This document shows positions 24,025 to 35,910 of a stretch of DNA of 64,000 nucleotides, piece after piece (within the stretch, counting starts at the first letter, position 1; each line of letters starts with the position of its first letter). A program made the position numbers and the translations under genes. The notes beneath the pieces are model-generated. The model was not told the origin of the DNA. It did not search any database and saw only the letters and a list, made by a program, of their open reading frames with translations. Location of the stretch: the NCBI GenBank assembly GCA_051294375.1, contig CM119265.1, positions 24,549,605 to 24,613,604 of the forward strand, given 5' to 3'. The DNA is from Paraspadella gotoi. Lineage: Eukaryota > Animalia > Chaetognatha.

Positions 24025-26631
24025 TTAACAAAAATCGACATGGGGTCGTCGCCAATTTCACAATCTCTAACCAGTTGGCGCCTTGGTCTCGTTGAGCGAG
24101 CGCCTGTTCGTCAGCTTGGGAGAAGGCGGGACGCCGCCGCCGCCGCCGCAGGAAAAGCGGTGCTGCTGGTTGTAGAGTTTGTGTATCGGCGACGGCGATG
24201 GCGTTGGGAGGCGAGAGCCGCCGGGAGAAACGGATGACGACGACGATACCAGCGCCACCTTAGATAAAAACAAAAGATCAATTGGTTTATTAGTTTGTTT
24301 TTAAAAATGTTTGTTTGTTTTTTTGTTGTTTACTTTTCTCGGCGATGGAGGAATCAGCGAAGATTGAGTTGAGTTGGAAGAGATTGAGGCGTCTCGCGCG
24401 TGTTGCCACAACAGGATCTAAGATGGCAAAACGAATGGCAAAATTAATGGCAGATTAGACGGTCATAAAGAAATAGTAAATTGTCAACAAAGCGACAATG
24501 GGAAATTTAAAAATGATGAAATTTCAAATCATTAGATAAACCAGTTTATTTAAACCAGTTATTTTTAACGAAATGAGCTAACCCTAGACCTTACCAAGTA
24601 CATACTCTCACCTATTTTGCCTTGTAACTCACCTCACGTTTAACTAGCCTCACCTGCGCCGGATGTCCGGCCGGGATGTGATGATGATGACCCGTGTGAC
24701 GCTTGGGATGATCGCGCGGCGACGCAGCGTTTCCTGCGGCGACGGCGTTTCTTCCTGCGCCGGCGCCGAGAGACTGCAGCAGGGACAGCCCGCCGCCGCC
24801 GCCGACGCCGCCGAGCGAGGAGGCGATGGAGGAGTTGAGGCTGCTGACGCCGACGCCCACGAGGGAGGTCGTGCTGAGGGAGAGAGAGGGTTCATGTGAA
24901 CAGGAGAAAATATCGAGAGAGAGAGACATATATATAAAGAAAATAAATCTGTCAATCCAACAGACACATAAGTATGACTGTATGAAAAACAATCAGACAA
25001 TCAGTCACGCGTATTAGACAGACAAACAGTGGGAGAAGTCATCAGACCGAATAACGACGGATGAAACAAGATAGACAGACATCAGATGGACTGACCTGTG
25101 ATGATGAGGAGTCCAGCGAATCGTCTCCTCTTGAGGATGAGGTCCTTTGGGCTTTTTGACCACGCCTCCTCCTCCTCCTCCTCCTACTGTCGACGGTGGC
25201 GACGAACGGCGGCAGAATTTGACGAAAATCCCATCAAGAGGATGAAAAGCAACATTGTGAGGATCATGAAATACCTGGGGGGGTGGTGGGAAAATGAGGG
25301 ATGGTGGGAAAAAAGGGGATGGTGGGAAAATGTGAGAGATGGTGGGAAAATGGGGGATGGTGGGAAAATCAGAAATAATAGGAATTTTGAAAAACTAAAA
25401 TAAGTTGAGAGAAAATGGGTGCTTATTTTTCCACAACGGTCTATTTTATCTTAAATTAAAAATTAAGTAAATTTTTTAGTTGAAGTTTAACACAGCGGAA
25501 AGTGGGGATTATTGAAAGAGAAAAAATGATAACAAAAGAGAAATTAAAAAAAGAGAGAAAAAGTTAAAAGAAAGCAATTGCATAATAATTAAAAAATAAG
25601 TTAAAGGAGAGATGGAGAAAGTCGGGAATAACTGGACTATTTTCAGAATGCGCCCAATTAAGGGTGAACTTAGGTAATATTTTGCCTGATTAACTGAGCA
25701 AGGTGTTACTGAAATTGCCTAGGTAAAGAAATGATTTTTCTTAATAAATATAGGCAATTTCTGAATCAAAATATTTTGCTTATATTTATTTTTAAAGATA
25801 AATAAAAAATATATTTTCTTTTATTGTTATAATTTCGTTATCAACTATATTTTCAATTGTTATTACTATATTTAAGCCAAAAAATACTTTTCGCAGATGG
25901 CATAAAATATGATTATCAGCATTAAGTATGTAAACTACTTGGATACTACAAGACCCAGAACCAATAAAATTATTATAGAAGATTAATTCATTGATAAATA
26001 AAAAATTAACAGATAATAAAGAAATTAGTAATAACAATAAGGATGCATACATTTAAAAAGATTTGCAATGTAACGTATTCAGTTGTATCCTGATATGATT
26101 GGAGATTAAAACCTTGATCAAAGATGATATAAAAATGAACACAAGACTCAAGTCGCCCAAAAATGTTTTGTATCTTTGTATCTTTGTATCTTATTTAGAA
26201 TGCCAAAGCTCATTAGAATTCTTTGCAGAATATGATATGGATTACTCAATACCTCCCTAGCTGTTTATATTAAAAAATTCGAGCTCGATATGGAAAGTAA
26301 ATATCCTATGGATATGATTTTCAAATAAAAAAAAATCTAAAAAAATTCTCCTTCTATTTTTTTATCATTAACAAAGATTTTAACTGAAAGTAAAAAATGA
26401 CATTCTTGAACATACTGAAAAATGTTTATTTTAATTAAAAACAACTATATAATAGACTCCAACCCCATTCACCAAACACCAAATACCAAACATAGTTTTA
26501 GCTATTAATTTTTTTTATATAATTATTTTTATAACGACTTTTATTTTTACATAGGGACATGTTTCGGCTTTATGTATAAGCCTTCATCAGCGTTTGAATA
26601 ATCCGACAAATTTTTCTCTTAACATTGAGTC

Positions 26632-26662
<31 letters not shown>

Positions 26663-29600
26663 GAGAGAGAAAAGAGAGAGAGATAAAGCTTCCAACAAAG
26701 GTTGAGAAAAATACAGTGGTCAGATTGAGGACAGGTGAAGGTAATGTTTTACTATTTAAACTAGTAGAAATAAGTTTGAGTTTATTTGTTTCACTATCTT
26801 ATATTTTTATATTTTATGAATGTTTTACTATTTAAACTATATTATTTAATTATTTATATATTACTTTTTTAAAATAGTATTTGCTTATTATATCTAATAA
26901 CTCATTTTGGGAGGAGGGTTTGTTAAAAAATCGAGGTATTTTGCTTAGTTAGTATCTACATACGTCATTTTCTTGGGAGAGAGCGAGGGGTCAGTGTTGT
27001 GGTTCTGTAATGTCGAGGGGCATCTAGTTACAACACCTAGGTCTTAACTAATAGAATACAATCGTGCACCTACAAATGTTAATAATTTAGAGTACGCAAT
27101 AGTTTAAGTATGTTAATACAATTATTTAACGTATCAGTTTGCGCTGTGCAAAGTGTATGTAATGAACTAACCTTCCCGTGTTTTAAATCGTTAGCAAAGT
27201 TAGAGTCCATAAGTTTCAGTGCAGTGTATATCTTAGGTTGTTAATATGAGTCCTTTCCTCAATGTAAAAAATTGCCACCTCACTTGTTAAGTCAGTGTAA
27301 TCGTACTGAGTAAAACCAAAAGAATTGTTTGTCTATACCTATTTAAGAAAAAATCCTGTTGTGCCTAAGTTTCACCCCTTACGCCCCAAATTTCTTTCGT
27401 CATAGTCTCGTGAACTTAATGTTGTAAGTCCTTGTAATATTTAACGCGTGAGTCGTCGTAACCCGTAAGTGTTTTTAAACCCTAACAGAATTCCCAAGAC
27501 CTAGCCCTGTACCCCCGACCCATACTGTTATCGTGCCCGTAGTGTGAAGGAAGTGTGTGAAAAAGTGAGATCGCAACCAAGACCAACGCGCGTGCGGTCA
27601 CGAACAACGACAACACACGACGAGGAGCCAAACATCCTCTACCAGTGAGGTCAGGACCAAAGGTCTGACGCGTTCCATCCCATGCATCCGCGAGAATGAG
27701 GAATCTGTCTTTTGCAGTGGCGGCTGAGAGGGCCCGGACGCGATCCAATCCTGACAAGAATAAAAACAAAATAGCACTCAATTTTTTTATTCGATTCTAA
27801 TAACAATAAACAAACTAAACAAACGGTATAAGTCACACCAAGAGCGAATGGTTCCCCTAACCGTCTCTGGGCCGGACAGATCCAACTGAAAAGAATAAAA
27901 ACAAAATATTCACTCAATTTTTTTTATCGATCTAATAACAATAAACAAACAAACAACGTAAACTACACCAAGGCGAATGTCCGCCGACCTCTCTGGGCCG
28001 GACAGATCCAACTGAAAAGCAATAAAAACACAAATAGTCACTCAATTTTTTTATCGATCTAATAACAGTAAACAAACAAACAACGTAAACTACAGCCAGG
28101 CGAATGTCCCCGAACCTCTCTGGCCGGACAGCATCCAACTGAAAAGAAATAAAAACAAAATAGCACTCAATTTTTTTATCGATCTAATAACAATAACAAA
28201 CAACAACGTAAACTCACCAAGCGCGAATGTCCCGACCTCTCTGGGCCGCGACAGATCCAACTGAAAAAGAATAAAAACAAAAGTATCACTCGATTTTTTT
28301 ATCGACCTAATAACAATAACAAACAAACACGTAAACTCCAGACAGGCGAATGGTCCCCGACCTCTGTCTGGGCCGGACAGATGTCCCAACTGAAAAGAAT
28401 TAAAAACAAATATTCACTCGATTTTTTTATCACGACCTAATAAACAATAACAAACAACAACAACGTAAACTCCACCAAGGCGAATGTCCCCGACCTCGTC
28501 TGGGCCGGACCAGAGTCGCAAACTGAAAAGAATTAAAAACAAAATATCACGTTCGATTTTTCGTGTTATCGACCTTAATAACAAATAACAACAATACAAC
28601 GTATACTCCACAAGAGGCGAATGTCCCCGGACCTCGTCTGTGGCCGGACACGATCAACTGAAAAGTAATTAAAACAAAATATACACTCGAATTTTTTTTG
28701 TTAGTCGATCCTAATAACAATAACAAACAAACACATCACAGTAGCCGTTGTAGTCGTTGCAGGGCATGCCCGGCTTCGCCATGAGGTCCGGAAGTTTATC
28801 CAATTGAAAAGAACTAATACATGGACTGTTTGGTTTTGATTCCTGGAAGGAAAGGAGGATGTGAATACTTCCTTATGTCCCTTGGTCTTGATCTGTAAAA
28901 AATGCAAATTGATCTCGTCTGAGCAACTCACCTTGCAGCAGATTTGGCACATTCGGGTTTCTTCTTCGCCAGAAGGGTCCGGGGTGCATTGGCAGGATTC
29001 CATTCCGTAGGCGAGACAGATGGAACCGGTGCACTCCTGGGTCAATGGAAATTTTCGTTGGGCGTCACTCGTTTGCTATTTTCTACCCACATACATTCTT
29101 GAGAATTTTGATAAATACATTACCTTTATCATTCTTCCTTAGCTCCATACCCCTTAATCCTGAATTCTAAATTCTATCTCCAAATGTCTATTATAATTTA
29201 TACCTACTTCCTAATTCCTAAATTTCAAAAGATTATAAAATATTTTTTCAATCTATTTCTTTCTCCGTCCCGCTATTATATAATACTAATTAAAATCTTA
29301 CTTTATTAACGCTTTCCTTATCGCCCCTGATCAATATCTCAATAGCCACTCGCTCACCCCCTTGTAGCAGACGTAGTCGTCATTGCAGATGGTCTTGTCC
29401 GGTTTGTGCAGCGAGGGCGGACATTGGGACGAGTTCCCGCTGCAGAAGGCCTCGTGGCGGCACCCGTTGTCGTCTCGACATTTGAACCTGACTTCTTTGG
29501 GGACGAAATTGCAATTCTGGTCGCAACAGTTTCCTTCAGATGGGCTGAAGTTGCGGGGGAAAATGGCGTAGGGGGAAGAGATAAATTTCATTAGTCATTT

Positions 29601-31432
29601 GTTAAGTTTCCTGATAATTCGTACGAAACTTAATGCTTTTTTTTTTATTAATTATTACCTGCATTTGACCGAAGCGCCGGCGCGGCGAGTGCACGGCGTC
29701 TCTCCTATCGGTGGTTTCGATCGCTGGTTTGAAAAAAAAAATAAAGGAACAATTCATTCGAAAGTCGAAAACTAAAGGATCGAGACAAAAAGTTTTCATG
29801 TAATTACTGAGGTAAAAAGTTTATTAATCAAATTTTTTTTAAAGTTCACATCTAACTACTAACCAACTGTTTTACGTATGGAAATGAGTATTAAATAAAA
29901 ACTTGCGCTTGTGTAAACTTTAAAGTGTATTCCTTTGGGTTTTTGTATCAACCTGGGGATGGCAGCATTTCTCGGTGCATTCGTCTTCCCAACCGCAATC
30001 GCAATCTTCTCCCTCTTCCACGATTCCGTTTCCACAAATGGATCCTGTCGCCTCTGGAATTCACAATTACAATGTGGCTATCTATCTATTATCTATTACT
30101 AGTCTATCTTATCTATCTAGTTATCTATCTATCGATCTATGTTATCTATTCTATCTAATCTTTTCCACCACTAGTTCTTACCCGCGGATCAGTTTGGCTA
30201 TCTGAGAAGTCTCAACGCGGGTGCTCATCACTCTGCTCAACTACGGCAAAGACGTTCCGCCCACCGTGAGTCACGTGCCATGGCTCACAAGATGCGGTCA
30301 CAGCGGGACACTTTGGATCCAGCACGACCCCGACAACATAAGGTATCTTCTCGTATAGCTAGGACCGATGGATGGAGAGGCAGTCCCATTCTTTTGCGCA
30401 GGGGGGGGGGGATTTATTTCAATGAGGATGAGGGCGAGTTTCAGAGGACGAATGAGAAGGGAAGTAATTTTGGTTCCAAGGACGAGAGTTAATGTCATTT
30501 GGGTTAATCGTTTGAATTTGAGTTTATTAAACTTTATAAACTTTATAGGTTTCACGCTAAAATAAATTTCCTGAGAAGCTATTTTTTGGGTACATTTTAT
30601 AGTTTGGCGATTAAATACTATATATATAATCTACCTGGTGTGTAATAAATATCGCCACTAATTAAAATTTATTGAGGAGAACGATACGTAAATGTTTTTT
30701 TTTACTTATATTATAGTTATAGTTATAGTGAATTTAATTTACGTCCATTTTCTACACAGCCGATTGTTCTTTGTCAAGAAATGCGCTCCGGGTGGCGACA
30801 ACGGGAACTACATCATGCTTCGCCCGCGCGGACTTCGGGCGAATAAACCGAACAACCGAAAAATTTTTCTCCATGCTCGATCGATTCCGATGAATTCTAT
30901 TTTAGAGGCGAAAGCAATCGGGATAGACGGTTGCTTTTGTCGGTAAAATACCAATTAGTAGAATTATACTCGATTCTGGATACTGCAATATGTAAATGAT
31001 ATTACGATCTTTAACACGAGACCAATACGTACCGNNNNNNNNNNNNNNNNNNNNNNNNNATTTAATTTACGTCCAATTTTCTACACCCGATTGTTCTTTT
31101 GTACAAGAAATGCGCCTCCGGGTGGCGACAACGGGAACTACATCATGTTCGCCCGCGCGACTTCGGGCGATAAACCGAACAACCGAAAATTTTCTCCATG
31201 CTCGATCGATTCCGATGAATTCCTATTTTAGAGGCGAAAGCAATCGGGATAGACGGTTGCTTTGTCCGGTAAATACAATTAGTAGAATTATACTCGATTC
31301 TGGATACTGCAATATGTAAATTGAATTATTACGATCTTTAACACTTTGAAGAATCCCATCTCACAATAATCAGGCTCATTTATTTAAAAAAAAATAATAA
31401 TTTCACATTTTTGTATCATTTTATGTAACGTT

Positions 31433-31473
<41 letters not shown>

Positions 31474-33260
31474 CACAGTGAGAGAGTGAGTGAGTCACAC
31501 ATTCGTACATGGATAGTGAACTTCCATTTTTATGTAAATCCCTATTCTAATCATCTTTTTCTGCTCATATGGGCGATTTATACATCTTAATTAGTTATTT
31601 TATACAATTCTTAGAATAATTATTTCTTCATACCCCGTTTCTCTCGCAGACGCCGCCGGCATTCTTCAAGTCTCCCGTCCACGCAAGACCCAAAGTCCCG
31701 CCTTCGAAATCTCTGCCAAATTGAAAGAGTGACGTCGTCATTAGTGATAATTAAATAAATAGCACACGTACTCTGGGAGTGAATAAACTACACTTCAACG
31801 AAAGCTTGCAAAAAATATTTATATTTATTTATTATAAAAATTTCATCCTGGCGATAAAAAAACAAACGAAAATGAGTCAATTAACAGCAATCATTAACCT
31901 TTAAATTTTGAAAAAAGTCAAACCAATAATCATTTCAATAAATTAATCCTTTACAATTCGATAACACAATCCTCAAACCTGTAAGTAAAGATGTAAGCGA
32001 GGCAAAAGTCGTCGTAGTTATCCTCTGAGAAAATCTCTAAATATTTCTCGACGCCGTAATTCCCGGGGAATTTGTATCCAGGGGTCGAGGGGTTGTTGTG
32101 AATCTTGATGCGTTTGATGATGAAGGCGACGTTGTCCGTTTTAGAATCTCCATCGAAATCTGGGAAGATGAGGTGATAATCGTTATAATCATCTCACCGT
32201 AAAACTTACTTTCCTCACCCAAACTCGAATGTTTTTAAAACGATTAAAAGTTAGGACTTTATTAAAATTTATGCCTTTATTAAAATTAGGCCTTTAATTA
32301 AAAAAAAGTGATAAATTTTATATTGATGGATTAAACTTTGGACATATAGGAGATTGTTTAGTCGGTCAAATATTTTGGGTAAAACTTAATATCATTTGCA
32401 TACTGCAGTATAAAAACTATTTGCCGTTTTATCACTATCGGCCAAATACTATACTATTCTATTCTATGAAATAAAAGATTAAATCATAGTCAATATCAAT
32501 ATCAATGCCAAAAAGAATATCAGATTATGAATATCAGAACAAAAGACAACCAGTTCGTTTGATCACTTTGACTGGTTGGTGTAAAGGTCTTTTGAAAGTA
32601 TTTAATAAAGATTTAAAGATAAACTCCTTTAAAATGTACGTTTTTTACTTTTTTTTACATTACATCATAATGTCATTTACGTCATTTTAGTCATTACATC
32701 ATAATGTCATTTACGTCATTTTACATCATTTAGAAATTGCGTACAACCATTATGTCATTTTCATTAAAAAAAAAATAACGTTTCTTTTACGTCATATTTT
32801 AGTCATGTTTGGCCTTAATTTAAAAAAAAAAATAAAAAAAAATAAAAAAATTACTTTTTCCGGTTTATTGATTTTTACATTAGCTCTTTGAACGTTCTTG
32901 AATGTTATTTTTTATAGTTTCTTATGAGAAAAAATATATAAAATTTGAATTTTGAACGTTCTTGAACGTTGTATTTTATAGTTTCATATGAATTAGTTCA
33001 TAATATTTTATTCATGAGTCCATTTAAACGGTAGTGTCTTTTGTTTTTGTTGAATTTTAATAAATTAGTTTTTACTTTTGAATTAAAAATAATAAAGTTG
33101 CTTCCTTTTATACTTGAAGGTTTTTTGGTTTAAAAATATGAATTTAGAACGTCTTTGAACGTTATATTTGATAGTTTCTTATGAACTAGTTCATAACATT
33201 TATTTATGAGTCCATTTAAACGTTAGTGTCTGTTAGTGTTTGTTTCTGTTTAATTTTAAT

Positions 33261-33298
<38 letters not shown>

Positions 33299-35872
33299 GT
33301 TAAAACTATTTTTTATAATTCCAAAAACGGTTATTGAACAAAATCAGTAAGTGTTAAAGTCTAGAAACACCGTAAACAAGTAAAAACGAAACTATTGAAC
33401 AAAAGATAAAACGTTTTAAAATGGAATCAACGTGATTGAGGTTTTTTTTTTAAATTTGTTTTATTAATACCAAAAACAGTATTGAAAAATCAGAAAATCA
33501 AAATCAGTTTAGTTTAGTTTTTTACCTTGCTTACTGTTTTCTAGTTTTATACACTGATACTGTTTTTGATTTTGTCAATACTGTTTTTGGTATTAATAAA
33601 AAAAAAATGTATGTTTTATGATTTTTACATTTCATCCTTGAACGTTCTTGAACGTTATTTTTTATAGTTATTATGAATTAGTTCATAACATTTATTAATG
33701 ATTTTAAACGTTAGTGTCTTTTGTTTTTATTGAATTTCAATATGTAGTTTAGTTTTTACTTGTTTTCCAGTCTTTTAAACGTTAATGTCTTTTGTTTTTA
33801 TTGAATTTCAATACATAGTTTAGTTTTCCAGTCTTTTACACTGTTACTGTTTATGATTATGTCAATACTGTTTTGGTATTAATAAAAAAAAAATGTTAAA
33901 ACAAAAAATTAAATTATAAAAGAAAAAGACAAAGAACCCAGGTAATGTATCAATTGTACGGAGGGGAATCAATTTTGATTCAATCTTTGGAGACTAACAT
34001 TCAAATGAAGTTCGACGCTTTCATTAATAAGAAAAAACCACAACTTTGGCCTGATTTACCCCTCAATTTCGATGATAATCTTATTTTTTAATCGTTGGTT
34101 ATTCAACGATTTTGTTGTTTTTATTTTAGAAAAAAAAAATGTTAAGATAAACATATTCAACCTGCATGTTTATGACTAAATAAAAAAATTTCTATTATTT
34201 AGCCACCTTGTCTCCATTTTTCCGGTTCAATTGAGAAAAAAAAATCATTATATATGAGGATTTTCTACCTGTAAATTAAATTCATGCTCATAAACATTTG
34301 AAATTTTCAATAAATGACTTCTTAACATAATGATGTCCAATATCTAATTAAAAAACTGGAGCAGAAAGTAACTTTTAACTTTGTGTTGTATAGATGCTCA
34401 CTCTATTTCCAGAATACAACACTAACATCCCTCTCCCCATTACATTATAAAAGAATATACTCTAAATAAAGAATATAAATTTTTAAATTTAATATAAAAT
34501 TTGAAAGTCTAATTCAGTAAAACAAGTGATCTCGCAATTTTTCATAACAAGCAGTTACGAAATTCCCCCTTGATACCCACTAACCCCCTGATCCGTTTCA
34601 CGCCCACCTATCTTTGAGTAAATGTCGTTGAGTCCCTGAACGTGTTGCGAAATCTGTTCGATGACTTTCTCTTCGTTGTTGTCGAACTTTTGAAAGAAGA
34701 GGTGATCCGCCTGCATGTAGAGGGCGCAAGAGGTTTTGCGCTTGGAATCGTAGATCACCTCCCGTCGTCGTCGTTGTTGTTGTCGTCGTCGTCGTTTGAT
34801 GGCGGCGACGACGTCGTCGGCCGAATCATAAGAAGAGGATCGTCCAAAGTCTTGGAGGATGAAGGGAGCGTCTTCCTCCTCTTCCTCTCCTTCTTCCTCT
34901 TCCTCTTTTTCTTTATTCTCTTCGTCTTCTTCTTCGTCTTCTTCCTCCTCTCTTTCCACTTCCTCTCCTTCTTCTCCTTCCTCTTCCTCCTCTCCATCTT
35001 CCTCCAATTTTCTCCTCAATATTTTGTTTTCAGTTTCCGCGTTCCACCACCAGGGCGGCGCTACTCCAAGAACCCCCGAGTCTTTTGTTTTTCCTTCCGC
35101 CGACGACGAAAACGACGACGACGACGACGACGACGACGATATGGTGCGTAAAGATTCGTTGAAAAAGGAGTTTGAGCGGGCATTGGCGAGTCGAGGAGAA
35201 TTGAGTATTGAATTATGACGTAAATAGGAATCGAGATGAGGTGGAAGTTGAGTTGGCGGATGAGAATGACCAGGATGAAGATGAGAATGACCGAGGTGAG
35301 GATGAGCATCGCGAGGATGAGAATGTTTCAGACTGAGTTGATTGTTGCCGCGCTGGTTTGTTGTTGTTGTTATTGAGAACGACGACGACGAGCGGGAAAA
35401 TGCACGATCGGTGACTAAATGTCGAAATTCTTTTATCTGAATTTGTCCGAATCGAAATCTGTCGTCTCTGTCTCTATCGTCGTCGATCCGCTGTCGTCGA
35501 TTTCCGAGAAATGCTTCCCGCCATTTCCGCTCTTCGCTTTTCCGCTTTTTCGCATTTACTTTTCCCGCTTTTCGCTTCTCCGGTTTCCGCTTCTCGCGAC
35601 GCCGCCTCCTTTTTCGCTTCCCACGCGAGCGGGACCGCCGAGGCGTCGAACTACGGCCGGCGTCGGGTTTTCCAGTACCGTGGCGGCGCGCGGCGTAGTT
35701 TCCGGCTCCAAGGTGGCGCGCGGCGTAGTTTCGGGCTCCAAGGTGGCGCGCGGCGTCGTTTCCGGCGCCAAGTTGGTGAGCGGCGTAAAATCGGCGATGA
35801 CGTTCGTCCAATTCGAAGAAGGTGGCGTTCCAGTCGAAATCGACGTCAGAGGAGCTGTACATGATGGACCTT

Positions 35873-35910
<38 letters not shown>

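Noticed and set aside
27731-28735. CRISPR-like repeat-spacer array
   Set aside because: The whole unit repeats with no unique spacers; eukaryotic context; the unit derives from an ADAM10 intron and exon ends.
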